Positions 62,525-64,000 of a stretch of DNA of 64,000 nucleotides are shown here, in pieces; within the stretch, counting starts at the first letter, position 1; each line of letters starts with the position of its first letter. Source of the DNA: Eledone cirrhosa (taxonomy: Eukaryota); NCBI GenBank assembly GCA_964016885.1, contig OZ024754.1, positions 4,774,001-4,838,000 on the forward strand. The letters are read 5' to 3'. Made by a program: the position numbers and the translations under genes. The notes under the pieces were generated by a model. It was not told where the DNA came from, did no database searches, and saw only the letters and a list, made by a program, of their open reading frames with translations.

Positions 62525-62660
62525 TGAAGATTGCGATGTCTTCATAGACGATTGCTGTCTCTTATTGATTCTTCATTGTCATCCAACCGCGTCCATGACT
62601 TCGTAGATGACTTTGTAGACCAGCTTTAGTTCTGCATGGTTTACAAAACAGGCGACAGAA
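62525..62660 (-). mobile_element. Another RTE-like 3' end
   Basis: CRLFCKPCRTKAGLQSHLRSH C2H2-like remnant plus a (TATG)n tail. Confidence 0.5.
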
Positions 62661-63089
62661 GAGAGTTGTGGGATCGTTTTGTGGGGTCGTTTTGTGGGGT
62701 CGTTTTGTGGGGTCGTTTTGTGGGATGCAATGTTTATGCATCACCATGTGTTATTTTTTTTTTTTTTATCAGTTTTCAATGCAACCTGGTCCCCTTACAG
62801 TGTAAGAAGTTAAGGGCTGAAACACTTGCTTGAAGTAGGGTTTCTTCTCTGTAGAATTCTCCTGGGTGTTTCTTCCCATTGATGGAAGGGTTTTAGTTAA
62901 ATCTAAACACTTTGAAACAAACAGTCTTTTATGATAGCACCAAGGACGGTTTCTTCGATATCTTCGCACTGGCTGGCTGTACACGTCTTCAGCATTTCGG
63001 TACCACCAAGCTTATTCTATCGATCTCTTTTATGTCGAACTGCTAAGTCACGAGACATAAACACAGACACCACCGCAAATACAGACAAG

Positions 63090-63262
63090 ACAATTGCACA
63101 CAAACACATACAGTGACATCGGCTACCAACTAGAACACACACATACAGTGTCATCGAGAAGGAGAACACACACATACAAGTGTCATCGGCTACCATCTAG
63201 AACACACACATACAGTGTCATCGGCTACCATCTAGAACACACACATCAGTGACATGGCTACC
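63090..63262. repeat. ~33-bp minisatellite CATCGGCTACCATCTAGAACACACACATACAGTGT
   Basis: About 5 degenerate units. Confidence 0.75.
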
Positions 63263-63553
63263 ATCGCGAAAGAGAAACCCCCCCCCCCCCCCCCCCATAT
63301 GTCTTTATGTGCTGAACACCAACTTGTCATCACCAATACTCTGGTCCAACAGAAAACCATGTTTGAGTTAAACTGAATAAATCCATGAATTGTAACATTT
63401 TCGTTATATTTCTAATGAAATATGATTTATTTCGATTAATTAACGAACAATTTTCATTACTAATCTGACTTAGATGTAAAGTTTGTCACCCTCTACTCTT
63501 CACCCTTTCTTTCGTTGCCTATTAACCCTTGCTTTTTCCCTCCTTTTCCTCTC

Positions 63554-63925
63554 ATCGACCCCGTAAGGATGAAAGGCAAAACTAACCTCGGCGGGATTTG
63601 AACTCAGACCATAACGGACCGTAACTCTATGCCACAAAGCATGCTGTCCGACACTCTACCGACACTGCCAAATAATAATAATAATATTTCAGTCATTTTC
63701 TACATTTGAGATGCTCAGATCTTCAATATATATATATATATATATATAATTGTTTCTACTTTTGGCACAAGGCCAGCAATTACCCAATACATTACTGGTA
63801 CTTTATTTTATTGACTCCGTAAGGATGAAAGGCAAAGTTAACCTCGGCGGGATTTGAACTCAGACCATAAAGAGCCGTAACTCTATGTTGCAAAGCATGC
63901 GACCTTCTACCGACACTGCTAATAC
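63554..63925 (-). mobile_element. Two tRNA-derived SINE copies
   Basis: Same family as 3253-3440. Confidence 0.85.
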
Positions 63926-64000
63926 ACCAATGGTTTTCCGAAAGGGATCGGATAAAAACCCCTCTGTTAAGGTATTCTATAGTATAGAGACTATACGATA

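Overview
Eukaryotic, extremely repeat-rich DNA, most likely cephalopod (Octopus-like, inferred from the SINE families and microsatellite density). No host protein-coding gene can be supported, and almost every ORF in the track is a translated microsatellite. Recognisable content: one decayed Penelope-like element (PLE) fragment with RT C-terminus and GIY-YIG endonuclease (37948-39235); several RTE-clade LINE fragments; about 20 tRNA-headed SINE copies; two MITEs; and a three-copy ~2.5 kb tandem duplication (~8540-16690). The main observation is that at least seven unrelated families of short non-coding elements sit in (TA)n microsatellites. Each carries a complete, partial or decayed hammerhead ribozyme (CUGANGA...GAAA-stem III-UH), mostly minimal type I. 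Many are fold-back palindromes whose symmetry axis or inversion junction maps onto ribozyme landmarks (stem II loop, CUGA core, cleavage site). This suggests a (TA)n-targeting PLE/retrozyme system with hairpin-primed second-strand synthesis. A pseudoknotted RNA at the 5' end of a non-autonomous RTE element is a second ribozyme candidate. All structures were paired by eye and no searches were run.
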